From the human T2T-CHM13v2.0 reference genome, Homo sapiens, in assembly GCF_009914755.1 (NCBI RefSeq), contig NC_060940.1: 64,000 bases of DNA, one strand, 5' to 3'. Position numbers and translations under genes: made by a program. Within the stretch, counting starts at the first letter, position 1. Every line of letters begins with the position of its first letter. The notes under the pieces are model-generated. The model saw only the letters and a list, made by a program, of their open reading frames with translations, searched no databases and was not told the origin of the DNA. Below, piece after piece: positions 26,087 to 40,488 of this stretch.

Positions 26087-26609
26087 ATAAAGTTTAATTT
26101 ACAGATTATACACGTAAGAGATCAACAACAATAACTAATAATAAAATAGAACAATTATAACAATATACTGGGCTAAGCATGATGGTTCACAATTGTAATC
26201 CCAACACCTTGGGAGGCCAAGTGGGAAGATCACTTAGGGCCTGGAGTTTGAGACCAGCCTGGGCAACATGGCAAGACTCTGTCTCTATAAAAAATTTAAA
26301 AATTAGCAAGTGTGGTGGCACGTGCCTGTGGATTAAGCGGCTCAGGAGGCTGAGATGAGAGGATCATTAAAGCCCAGGAGGTCGAGGCTGCAGTAAGCTG
26401 AGATCACATTGCTGCACTCCAGCTTCAGAGAGGAGCAAGACCCTATCCCCCAAAATAAAAAATACTCCCCCAACACCAATCTACTGTAATAAAAGTTATG
26501 TGAATGTGGTCTTTCTCTTGCAAAATACAGCAATAATTTTCTACCAGAGTTTGTCAAAGATAACTGAAACTGTGGAAAGCAAATCCGGGGATAAAGGGGA
26601 ACCACTGTA
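26087..26609 (-). mobile_element. MER44-type (Tigger-derived) DNA transposon split by an Alu
   Basis: 'aacaataactaataataaaatagaacaattataacaatatactg' | Alu | 'taataaaagttatgtgaatgtggtct...ggataaaggggaaccactg' followed by TA. Confidence 0.85.
26171..26474 (+). mobile_element. AluJ inserted in MER44
   Basis: J diagnostics; TSD-like caat(a/c)tactg. Confidence 0.93.
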
Positions 26610-26639
26610 ATTATCATCCTTTTATAGATTTCCAAAGTG

Positions 26640-26953
<314 letters not shown>

Positions 26954-26989
26954 TGATGTACATTATTCAAAGTAACTAACGGTTAACAT

Positions 26990-27400
26990 ATTTTTGACTA
27001 CAAGAAGTAGAATATAAACAGCTTAAAAGTTTAGGATATATGTTGTCCTACATAGCAAGAAGCCCAGAGGTTTCCAGGGGGTGTTTGGCAGTTCCTGGAT
27101 TCCAGGGTTAGCTCCCCTGGAAGTGTCTTGGCTTCCTATTATAGTTCCAAGATGGCTGCCACAGCTCCAGCCCTAACAGTCCCACAAAAACCTCATCCCA
27201 AAGAAGGAAGACTTGGGAGCAGGGGATGGGGCTGATTTTCTCCCTGCTCATCCCTCATGGAAGAAATCTCTTCCCAGGCGCTCCAGCAGGCTTCTCTTTA
27301 TGACTCATTCACCATAACTGGGTCACATGTTTATCCCTAAAGCAGTCACAGAGAAGGGAGAATGAGATTCTCATATCTGGCTCATTCACTAGAGGGGCAT
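26990..27400 (-). mobile_element. Old MLT1-type MaLR LTR fragment
   Basis: 'ccaagatggctgccacagctccagcc', 'aactgggtcacatg...ccctaaagcagtcac'. Confidence 0.55.
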
Positions 27401-28051
27401 TTCACTACACTTAGCTGCGCAAAGATGTTAGATTAGAAACTTCAAGCTTGCTGGTAAATGGTGTAAAAAGACCAAGAAGATGAACTTGGTGGTTCACTTC
27501 CTTATGATCTGATCAAAAGGAGGCATACATTTATCTAGAGAGGAAAATTTTTCTTGGCGTTACATTCTTGGAGGAATTTATTGCAGGGATTCTTCCATAA
27601 GGGACATAATAACATAATGCATAATGTAAAAAAAAAAATGAAAACTGGCAAATGCTCTGCCATTATGAAAAAGAGCAGTGGTTTTTAACATTTTGTTTTC
27701 TGCTGGGATATACGTGAATGTCACGAACCCAGGTTTTGACTAACGTTAAAAAATTTGTCAAAGAAGCTAATCTCTATGGTAATGGAATAGATCAGGATGA
27801 ATAACAGTACACTGGAAACAATCAGTACATTTTTTGGCAAAGATAAACTGGGCTTTGGATTATGTGTAATTCTGGTGTATCATAAACCACATCCTCTTCT
27901 CTCCCATTCAAACAGGCAAATGAGTGAGAGTGAGGCTGTTCTATTGATCTCTTTGATTTGGCTTTATTTATATATACAAGAGTCAATCACTTGCAAAACT
28001 TCATTGGCTCTTATTAGTTTAACTGTTGTGCTATATTCTATGTACCAGTCA

Positions 28052-28448
<397 letters not shown>

Positions 28449-29949
28449 AAAGAGAACATTCTGACATTTCCTGATGTTTGCCAAGTCATTTTTCTTTAAA
28501 ATTACATTAACTAGATTTGTACACTATCTCAATAGCTGAGACTTATTCTATTGGAAAAGGATCATAGCCCACTTTATCTCTGGCTAATATTTTTTTAAAG
28601 CTCTGTAATCATCTGTGGTTATTCCTACTTATCCACATCTTCAAACCTGTATGACCTTCTATTTATTCATATAGAGAAGAGTTGGTTTGCACAGAGCATA
28701 CACACAGCCCCGAGATCCCTGTAGTCACCATGGAAATACCATCATTGGCCCACATCATTGCTTGGGAGAGACTCTGGCCACCAGATACAGAGTAATCTCA
28801 TGATTTGATCATGAGTGAGCACACTTACCTTTTAAGAAAATTCTTATACTTATTTATAAGAAAGGAAATACAATACTTACTGCTGTGGAAGAAAACTTCT
28901 GCATCAAAGTATTTGTCAGTCTGGTTCTAGAAACAGTAATTGTTAAAGCCTTTTTCTTTTTAAAAAAATTTTCATTTTTTGTAAACAAGTTTAGGGAGAT
29001 ACCTGATTGATTAAGGGGAATCCCTCATGCTGAGAAATTTCAAATTTTCATAAAAGTACAATACATGAGATTCAACAGATTGGTAATGAAGTGGGAAAAT
29101 GCAAGGAACTTTATCCAATTGTTCTATAATTATTTATTGAGCACCTAATGTATGCCTGCTACTGAACTCAGTCTTGTATGGGATATGGAGAGGAGGAAGG
29201 CTTAGTACTTAACACCTTCTCTGAAATGGTTCCGTCTTTCAATGGCCAGCATAAATGAGTGTTGCAGGCCAGGAGAGGACCGGGCAAATGTGCGATCCCA
29301 TGCGGTACCTTAAGGGGTGGATGTTACTCAGCTCCCATGATTTCCATCTGGGAATGCTATCCCGACAGAGTTAGATCACTTCATTTTAGAAGAATAATTG
29401 GAAATCTAAAATTTAATGTAATCTCTTTCCACTTTTCAATGTTAAGTCATTCATTTAAATAAAATAAAAACTGTGAAGGAAAACTAAAACACACCGTAAG
29501 TTTGCTGTTTTTTTCTGAAGAGATTTTTTGTTTGTTTGTTTTGGCAGCATGAAAATGCAACTCTTAATGGCATTCATTTTCTGTCCATTTTTTCTTGTGA
29601 AGAAATTGATTATACTTATGTCAGCCAAAAATACCTTTGGGACTTTAAATCACTTTTTTCTTACTGTTTAAAGAGGAGAATATTTCTATGTAATTGACCA
29701 GCACTTGCCCTTATGAGATGGTGGCCCTCATGAGAGACATTGAGAGATGGTGCAAAGGCTGTCAACACATTTCAGTGTGGTTTCAGCTGCCATTTGAGAC
29801 TTGCTTTACTTCTTTTTACATAGGAGTGAGACTAATGGTTGAAACCTGATGGCAAAGGGGAAGAGTGAGAGAAGAGGAGACAAAAATAGAGAGAGAGAGA
29901 GTAGTAATCCTGGAGGGCTGGGAATGTGTAAAAGGCTGAAATTAACTAT

Positions 29950-30290
29950 TCTTAGGTATTTATTGAGCATCTATTATGCAACAATCTTTGTTTTAGGTGT
30001 AGAGTATTTGGGTGCTTAGGAGCAAAGTCCCTGCTGTCATGAAACTTACATTCTATCAGGGGTGTGGAAAGGACAGACATGAATAAGTGAACAAACAGGG
30101 TCATTTGAAATGGCAATACAAGTGCTAATGAATGAAATAAGACAGGGTGGTGGGATATGACTGGGAGCTACCTTCGTAGGAGTGGTCAGGGAGGCCTCTC
30201 TGAGAAGGAGAAATTGGAGCCAAAACATAAACAGTGACAAGAAGCTAGTTAACTCAGAGGTGTACAGGGAGGTGGTAAGGAAGAGAGGGC
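29950..30290 (-). mobile_element. L2 3' fragment
   Basis: 'tatttattgagcatctattatg', 'gtggtcagggaggcctctctgagaagg'. Confidence 0.75.
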
Positions 30291-31109
30291 CAAATAACCT
30301 GGAGTTATTACACACTGAGTCAGTTATTCCCATTTTCAGTTATTTTTGTAGTCTGTTTAACAAAGGGAAAACATCTCAACGTGGTGTTTGTAGGTCTTTT
30401 GATTAGCAAGATCTTTCTAACGGCTGTCTCTTTAACATAGACAGAGCAGACCTCAAGCCTAGAACCATCAGCAAGCACCAATAGCTGGCTAGCATTCATA
30501 ATGTTATTTTATTTGTTCTTTATTTTCATACTTTCTTTTTTATTTTCCACTTGCCATTGTGATATCAAAATTCCTTTATGAATAAATGTAGTTAAGTGAA
30601 AAAAATGAATCAAATATGAAGACAAATATTTATTAAACCACAGCATAGGACTTTCCAGAATTAAGACAAGGGAGTGTTTTTCTTTCCCCTTCTCTTCTTG
30701 GGAATTAATTCCAAATATTCAGGACAATAAAAAACCAAAATGCAGCCTTCATCACTGCTGGAACTGGAAGCCATCTGCTTAACCATAATACATTAAAATG
30801 GAAAGCTAGTAGAGAAGAGGTGGCCAGGTTAGCAGAGTCAGGGTGATAAGCCGCAAAAAATAAAAATAGATAGATAAGTGAAAGCCTAGGTACATGTACA
30901 CTAAGATGGCCCAGAGCACTTTGTTTGCCCAGTCTCCAGAATGCATCATCAGGCTTATAGCCCATAAATCGGAGGTGGAAGACTTGAGAATTCCTCTCTG
31001 GAGAAACTAGAACCAGAGAAAATATGCAGGAACACATTAAAAAGCTGGTTTGTCACCTAATTACCCACCAGTCAACAAGCTCTCTCAAGGACGTGGAACC
31101 GCCGGTCAA

Positions 31110-31418
31110 TTATTATTTTTTAATTATTTATTTATTTATTTATTTTGAGATGGAGTCTCACTCTGTCACCCAGGCTGGAGTTCACTGGTGCGATCCTGGC
31201 TCACTGCAACCTCCGCCTCCCGGGTTCTCTTGTCTCAGCCTTCGAGTAGCTGGGATTAGAGGCACCTGCCACCACGCCCAGCTAATTTTTGTATTTTTAG
31301 TAGAGATCGGGTTTTGCCATGTGGGCCAGGCTGGTCTCGAATTCCCAACTTCAGGTGATCTGCCTGCCTCGGCCTCCCAAAGTGCTGGGATTACACGCAT
31401 GAGCCACCATGCCTGGAC
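31110..31418 (-). mobile_element. AluS with (TTTA)n tail
   Basis: Reverse Alu; small internal deletion at 'cgggttctcttgtc'. Confidence 0.95.
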
Positions 31419-31419
31419 T

Positions 31420-32545
31420 AAATGTTGCATTCTTAAATAAAAACTGGCTGCAAAGGATTCACAGATATTAAAAGAAAATTCTCAACAAGATAGGCAGAGA
31501 TCAAACAAGAAATCAGAAGTAAAGAAATTCTAAGGTATCCAAGTTAATGCAAGGGATAGAAGAAAAAGTCAAAACATTATAATTAGTATTTTCAGGGAGA
31601 TGAAAATGTATTGCATCCATGAAACAAGAACATGATACCATTGCTTTTAAGGTTCATAAAGAACAAACAATTAAAAACTATAAATTCAAAGTAGAGTTGC
31701 AGAAATAGCAAATGCAATTTAAGGATTAGAAGGTACAGTTGAATAGATCTCTCAGTTAATGAAACAAAAAGACTGAAAGATGGAAAGAAAATATTTAAAA
31801 ATTACAAGCTGTAACAGGGAAGTCTGACTTCTGGCTATTGGGCATTCTAAAAGAAAAAACAGAGAGAAAAAATAGAGAGGACACAAAGTGAAAGAGTAAA
31901 AATTATCAAGGAAATAACATTAGAAAATTTTTTAGGACTAAAGAGCATGAGTTTTTTCATGAAAGTTGAAAGAACCCAGAGTTCAGCACAATGAAATTTA
32001 AAAGGCCCACCTTAGGCAAATCAGCATAGTATTTCAGAATGTTGAAGATAGATGCCCTCACAACTTTATGAGAGAAAATAAGAAATTATGCCACATGCAA
32101 AGGACTAGAGAGAATAATAAAATATGATTGTTAGCAAAACTAGGAGAGAGGAAATATGATCTTTAACATACTGAATGAAAATGAGTTTTCAACCTAGAAT
32201 TCTATACCCAGACAAACTATCAAGGGTTGGGGTAGAATCTTATAGACAGAAAATTTATCTCCAATGGGCCCCTTCTCAGGAAGTGACTAGAGGATGTAAT
32301 TCATCAAAGAAAGGAGCTTGAAACCCAGGAAACAAATCTAGTACATGAAAGTCCTAACAGGCAACCAGCCCAGATTGGAGCAGGAGGGCAGAAGACTCCA
32401 GGAGGAAAGTTGCCAGAAAAAAAAAAGAGAGAATTAAACCAATAGATGATCTGATATGTTGAACACTTGGATAACTGAATCAAGAAGTTATTGGAGGAAA
32501 TAGGAAGAATTTGAAGTACATATTTTGAAAAAGAAGAAAATGGTC
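31420..32545 (+). mobile_element. Old L1 ORF1-region remnant (HAL1-like)
   Basis: A-rich; caacctagaattctatacccagacaaactatca at 32190 reads QPRILYPDKLS (L1 ORF1p motif QPRILYPAKLS); no ORF2 seen downstream. Confidence 0.75.
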
Positions 32546-33206
32546 ACGGCAGCTTAGAGTGCAGGCTGGAGGTATGCATTGGATTCTGCAGGCAGGAGTG
32601 GAGTGAAGACCAGTTGGCTTGCTTACATGCTTTTGCATTCATTAAAGCCATCAGATGCCCGCCGTGTAGCTGTAAAGTGGGCGATTCTCTGTGGGCATGG
32701 GTTAAGGTCACCTTTCCAGTGGCCTGCTGGGCTCCTTTGCATCCTGGGTTCTGCTGTCCTGGCAGGCCCTGGTAGTAGGATGACTGAGCAGGAAACCTGC
32801 AATATTCATTCCCGCACTCTCCCTAAGGAATTCTATTCCTCTAGGAAATGTTTCCTAACAGATAAATCCTCAGATGGTGCAAGGTCTCATCAAATGCATA
32901 TATATAATAAACACATTTTTGTCAGTTTATCACTTTGTCATTTGTGAAATGTTTTATGACTGTTCATCTTTTTTCCAGGCAGGAGAAACAGGTCTGGAAC
33001 CAGCTTCTGTGAGGGGCTTTTATTGCCCCCATCGAGCGAAAGGGTGTTTCCGGTCCACACAGACTTCACTCCACACAGCTGGGACCTGACCTTGGAGCAA
33101 TTTTAGGGAAGGAAGTGTCTTCCTTCTTGACTGCCAGCTTCCCTCTGGGCAAAGGCTGGTGGTTGGACAGAGGTTATAATTGCACTTAAAGAATTAAGGG
33201 ATGACT

Positions 33207-33510
<304 letters not shown>

Positions 33511-34326
33511 AAAGAATTAATGGATGACCTAGGTAGAAAACGATGGAACTGACCCAGAGAAAGATTGATGGTAGTGCCAGAGTGGGTGAGTCATGCTTCT
33601 GATTTTGTCAACACCAGACTTGAAACTTGTCCCAGCTGCAGACAGGGGGACCTCGGACTGAGGTATGTTGGTAGCCAGGGAATCCTCGTGTGACCTTGAG
33701 TGTAACCAAATTCTTCAAGGGTCCCCTTTTCTTTAATATCCATATAAAAAGGCTTACACACCCACCTACTAAAGAAAGAACAGCCTCTTGGCAAGAAGTC
33801 TAAAGATTCCTTAGGTCAGGGCCTGTCTTCTCTCACTCTGAAGTCCTGCACCGTGCTGGAGCTCCATCAGCCATGGTGTCCCCACCACATCCGGCTCAGC
33901 ACCTTCCTGCCATCTTCAAAGGGCCATAACCTGTCTGCTGTAAGATGCAGACCCTACTGAAAATTTCTAATAATGAGGGCAGGCCCACTCTTAACACTTG
34001 TATACCCTGGAAGACAAATGAAGGCCCACTCATCAGAAATCTAAGGATTTAAAAGTTTTCCTTGAATTTAGAATTCGTGGACTCCTCAGAGTTAGGCCCG
34101 TAGCCCATCCCTCTTCCCTCCATCACACAGTTCCCTTGCACACTGGGAGGTGCCTCTAGCTCACGGGTGTAGACCCTCACATCAGTCTCTGTCCACACTC
34201 CCTAAACACAGCCACCTCTTGGCTGCCTTCAGACCTAGGGCACAGTTAACCCTTGGAAAGCAGCCCCAGAAATGGGCTTGGGGCAATGTGGCCAGGAAAT
34301 TCAAGGGTCCTGGGTATGGGCCAGAC

Positions 34327-34690
34327 CAGTGACAGATAAACTATGGCCGATGGGTAAACCCAGCCCACCATCTGTTTTTCTATGGTCTGCCAACCTCAGA
34401 TGGTTTTCACATTTTTAAATGATTGGAAATAATATAGAAGCATAATATTTTGTGACACATAAAATGATGTGAAATTCAACTTTCGGTGTTTGTAAAAAAA
34501 AGAGTTATTGGAATCCAGCTACACACATTCATTTACATAGCAATATATCATCTCTAGCTACATTTGTGCTACTACAGAGGACTGGAGAATTTGTGACAGA
34601 GATGGATGGGTTGGCAGAGCCGAAAATACTTACTATCTGGAGGATAGTAAGTATTTACAGAGAAGAAAAAACTAGAAAAAAGGTTGCTGG
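34327..34690. mobile_element. MER58B-like hAT-Charlie fossil
   Basis: 'aaactatggcc', 'atggttttcacatttttaaatg', 'aaaatacttactatctgg'. Confidence 0.8.
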
Positions 34691-35545
34691 CTCAGGTGGA
34701 CACTGCAATCTCCTTGCCTATGGGGAGGGGCCCCAGGCAAAGAGGGACACTCTAGCACACAGCAGCCAGGACTGGGGCCCCTCTTGCCAGGGTCTGAGGG
34801 TACAGAGGTGGTGGAAAGAAGTCCCATCACAAAGCAGAAAGTGATCATCTTCAATTAGAGTGTAGACATTGCAGTATAATAGAACACCTGTCTAGAAGTT
34901 CACAGGCCAGCCCGTGGCACACAGAAAACTCCTCCCTGGATGGGATCCTCCTAGGGTCCTAAGTTGCTGTTCCCTCCCCACCTGCCCACCCCCCTACCAA
35001 GGACAGGATCTGTCTCCTCTCACTCCAAATTCCCGCTCCACACTGGAGCTCCACTGGCTGTCTGCCATGATGTCCCCATCCCAGTCCGTACCTTCTCGCC
35101 ATCCTCCAAACCAATGATGTGGGACACAGACCCTACTGAAAGCTTCAGAATAATGGGGGCAGGGCCACTGCCCTGAGAGCTTCTCTCATCTCCTCCCAGC
35201 CCGAATTCCAAACCTTCTCTCAGGTCACCAGTGCTAGCGAGAAATTCCTAAATTCACGTTACTCTATTACACAGAGTCACAGCCTCTCTCTTTTTCTCAC
35301 TGGCTTCTCACTAGAGCAGCCCAGATAACTTCACTTTAAAAATTTTTTTAAAAATTAAATTGTGGTAAATACACATAATATTAAATTTACCATCTTAACC
35401 CATTTAAGTGAACCATTCAGCAATGTACAGTCAATAAGTACATTGATACTGTCCTGCAACCGTCACCACTATCCACCTCCAGACCTCTTCCATCTTCCAA
35501 ACTGAAATTCTGTCCCCATTAAACAATAACTCCATTCCCTTTCCC

Positions 35546-36364
<819 letters not shown>

Positions 36365-36904
36365 CCACCTCCTGGCAGCCACCATTCCACTTTCTGTCTA
36401 TGAATTTGATCACTCTACATACCTCATGTGAGTGAAATCATACAGTATTTCTTTTTGTGACCAGCTGATTTCACTTAGCTTCACATCAAGTTTCATTCAT
36501 GTTGTAGCACGTGTGGGAATTTCCTTCATTTTTAAGGCACAGTAGTATCCCATTACAGGTCCATACCACGTTTTGTCCATTCATCCGTTGAGGAACACGG
36601 AGTTGCTTCCACCTCTTGGCTATTGTGAACAGTACTGCTATGAACACAGGCGTATAAATATCCCTTTAGGACTCTGCTTTCAGTTCTTTCAGTTATATAT
36701 CCAGAAGTGGAATTGCTGGATTATATGCTAATTCTATTTTTTACTTTTTTAAGGAAGCGCCATACAGTTTTCCATAGGGATCACACTATAAAATATTCCA
36801 CCAACAGCAGGCAGCCTTACTTTTTACAACCAAAAAGGCTCATGGAGGTGTTTGCCCAACAAAAGTGTCACCCATCTTAAAAAAAAAATCCAATCTATTT
36901 TAAA

Positions 36905-37060
36905 CAGTAGTTTTTGATGGTGGCTACATATGAGAATCATCTAGGGAGCTTCTGAAAAAAATACCAACATGAGTTGGTGTTGTGGGGGAGTACCTCAGGC
37001 CAGTGAAATTGGAATCCCTGGGGGTGGAGTCGGGCACAGGTATTCTTTTCATTCTCTCCA
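36905..37060. mobile_element. MER5-like hAT fossil
   Basis: 'gaatcatctagggagctt', 'ggaatccctgggggtggag'. Confidence 0.5.
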
Positions 37061-39737
37061 TCATTCCCCAAAGCACAGGGTCAAGAGCCCCTGCCCTTGG
37101 ACAAGCAGTTTGCCCTGCAGCCAGCTTTTAAAATAACTTGTCTTTTCTCTTGTGGAGCAAGAGGACCTTTCTAAGCACCCAGCTCCAGGAAGCAATAGAC
37201 ACGTCCCTGCACTCATGACGGGTGTTGGGCATGGAGGTGGTGACACATGGCTTCCTGGTGTGATAGCGGGTGTGTCAGAGACAGACGCCATCTGGAGTAG
37301 AGGGGAGGGGGGCTGAGATTGAGCTGGCCACACCCGGTCCCTTCAGCACCTACTCCCATCCAGGGACACTTCTAGGGCCTCTCTGTCCCAGTCTCCTCAA
37401 ATCTGTCTTTCTGGGGGGACACTCCCCCTGACGCTAACACACAAATTAAGCCTTTGAGGATGAGGTCATCTTCTTGATCCCCAACTAAGCCCAAATTCTG
37501 AATCTTCCTCCCTCAAGTAACATTAAAATAAGCTCTCGGGTCACAGTCAAGAGACTGAAAAGAATTATTTTTACATTTTTCCTTGTGAATCCAAATAGCC
37601 ATTTTATTCTGCAGTGGTAATTTCAGGAGCAGCATGCAGCTTGGATATCTTCCTAGAGAGGTACAGATGCCAAGAGAGATTTTGCAACATTGCTTTGGTG
37701 AAATAGATTGTGGCAAGGCCACCGTATGCGCTTAAATGATCTAAAATGATGAACACCGCACAGAATTTTTTTGCTTTACCAAGAGTGGCCCTTGTAGGTT
37801 TAATTGTAAAGTATAATTACTTCAAGACATCATAATTTGTTGTGTACAATATAAATCAGTAGAACTCCATGGAATCATGTTTTTAATGTAGACCCCAAAT
37901 AAAATGTTCTTTTATGACATAGCAGATGTTTCTTAATTCACTAGCGCCATGCATTGGGGTATTAAGATTATTCCTTGGCATTTTATTATGAATAACATAC
38001 TTGCTCCATCATTAAGTGGGCCATTAAAGACATAAACAAGCTTTTATGCCCTGGTTTTCAACAGCTGCTGGTGGTCTACCAAGTGATAATCCAGCTTTCA
38101 GCAAATATTCTTCAGCTCCAAGAAATAAATACATTTAATAGGGCAACCTCGGGTCAGTCAGTCCACAGCTTCTTGGATCCTGGCTTTGGGAAATTCTTTA
38201 CCCAGGAAAATGGACTGAAGGGGTGTGCTTTGGGTGAGCTGTTTTTGAGAGCCCATTTTCTTGAGAATGTTTGTGTGTGTGTGTTCCTTTAAAATAAGAA
38301 TTCAAACAAATAAAAAGGAAGAGAAACGTTAGAAAAAGACTACGCCTTGGAGAAGGTGCTGGGACTCTGAATTCTCACAAATCCTGGAACCCATGCTTTG
38401 GAGGAATCAGCTGAGTTGATTTTATGCCACGAACAAAGGGAGGGAAGGACAGTGTAGGTCACAGGCCTACTTTCGGTCACTGGCTCGAATCTGAGCGGAT
38501 GTGACCCCTCTGTGACAATGTTCCCAAGGTGTACAGGGAGGAGCCTCGTGCTTTATAACTAGGATGGGAGCCAGATAAGCTTTCCCTCTTCGCCACCTTG
38601 GACTTCCTAAGGATAACAACTCCAGGCAGCCGAGAAGCAGAGCTGGGGAGAGTGCTGAGATAGGAAATGCCGAGGCCTGTATTATCGTTGGCTCCCCGTT
38701 TCCGTGTTTCCTGTGCCAGAGGTAGCTCCGAAGGGTGCTCAACTTTACAGCCCTAATGTACACAACAACATCCTCCTACAAGCAGATGTTAGAAGGAGAA
38801 AAAGAAGCCGGTGGGGGTGCATGGGGGCGGGGTGTTCGGGAGGGGAACCTGATGAAAATTTGCATTAAGCCTGCATTGCTCCCACCCCAGGAGACACTTG
38901 TGACAATGAAGGAAAAAGGGGGGAGGTGGAACTGACTTTCAAGTCTGGTCAATTCCAAATCTATTACAAGATCTGTCATCAACTGGAGGCTGGAGAAAGA
39001 GTTATAATTGATACAGTGAATCAGGTAACAGAGACCCACCTTAACAGGATGCTTCTTGGGTACCTGGGTAAACATGATTACAATACTGTAATTCCATAGG
39101 TTACAGGGGAAAGGACAGTTGGGGGAGATATTAAGCACCTCATCCTAAATGATGACAGCTACAGCAGAGAATGCAGAAAGGCCTTTCGTGTTTTGTTTCT
39201 TTTCTATAAGTAGGGTTTTAGTAATTTTATTTTCCTCTTTTTTTTTTTTTGGTTGCTGATGAGGGTTTATTTTTCTTTTTGTGTTCTATTTCGTTTTGTA
39301 GTTGGATGTACCATTGTTCTGGGCTGGCAAAAAAAATAAAAAGGAGAAGGGAGTGGGAGGCAGGAACCACATTGTGAGTGAAGCTGGCAAAAGGAGAATT
39401 AGGAGGTCAGCTCCCTATAAGGCACAGTCTCTGAGGTTTGCAGTGTAGCTGGCACATCAGTTCTTCCATGGGCATGTCTAAAATATTCCTGTGCCCTGGT
39501 GGAACCATGAATGTACATAGCCTGGTCTTTTTATTCTTATTTTTCTACTCACTTGATTGGAAAGTCAAGTTTGATACTGCTTTTCCATTATGTTAATTAC
39601 ACCTCTAATAGGATTTTATGGTGTCCTCGATGACATCACTTTGGAAACATCATTCAATTGGGTGGCCTGATTTCCTCTCGATGATTGTACAAAATAAACA
39701 CGCAAGCCCTCTGTTCATAGCCACACACTGTGTTTCC

Positions 39738-39773
39738 AAACACACACACACGCGCACACACACACACACACAC
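39738..39773. repeat. (CA)n with internal CGCG
   Basis: aaacacacacacacgcgcacacacacacacacacac. Confidence 0.95.
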
Positions 39774-40462
39774 TCATTTTTAACCACGTCAAAAAGGAAA
39801 CAGGGCTGCCAACTTCTCAACATTCAACATGATTTTGAATTAATATTAGTCTATTAAAAAGAGCTGTAATCAGAAGAAAAAAACTTAGCCCGAGTCGCAC
39901 AGCAAACACATTTCACAGTTGTTTTGGACAAATGCCCTCAGTGAATATGTTTAAAGTCATGTACAACAGGAATATGTTATCACAAGTAACCATGTTTTAA
40001 TAAACACTTCATCTTCTTGTATTGCTTTCTTTTCATCACAATAATAGAAATACAACACCATACATCACTGTAAAACACATTTCCACATAAATGCTGATAA
40101 GCACAAAATATTTTTCATCATTTACATTTTAACTGTAATAATATATGGCAGGATTAAAGCTGCATCCATCATGTGTCTAACTAACCTTGCTGTAATGAAT
40201 TTTTAAATGTAATGGTTTCTGTCGCAAAGTAAAATCGTACATAATGTCTAGTGACACAGTACGCTGGCGGATGGGTGGGTTTAAAAATGTAAATGCAGCT
40301 TCATTTTTAATTAGATTTATAAACTTCACCACCTCCCCTCCACCCCCCTTCCCAATTATTTAAAGTAAGAAATACAAGCAGCATGAAGATGTGAGGCACT
40401 GCCAAACAGCACACTCCTTGAGTTATTTAAAATCCCTTGCTTGTTGGAGATTTTGTGAAATC

Positions 40463-40488
40463 TGTGTGTGTGCGCGCGTGTGTGTTTT
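40463..40488. repeat. (TG)n with internal CGCGCG
   Basis: tgtgtgtgtgcgcgcgtgtgtgtttt. Confidence 0.9.

Noticed and set aside
37340-37365. TTCAGCACC REST half-site
   Set aside because: The second half-site (GGACAG) is not correctly present
39890-40330. Resemblance to a 3'UTR (AT-rich, AATAAA near 39998)
   Set aside because: No upstream coding exon found on either strand; treated as a candidate non-coding element, although a lncRNA end cannot be excluded
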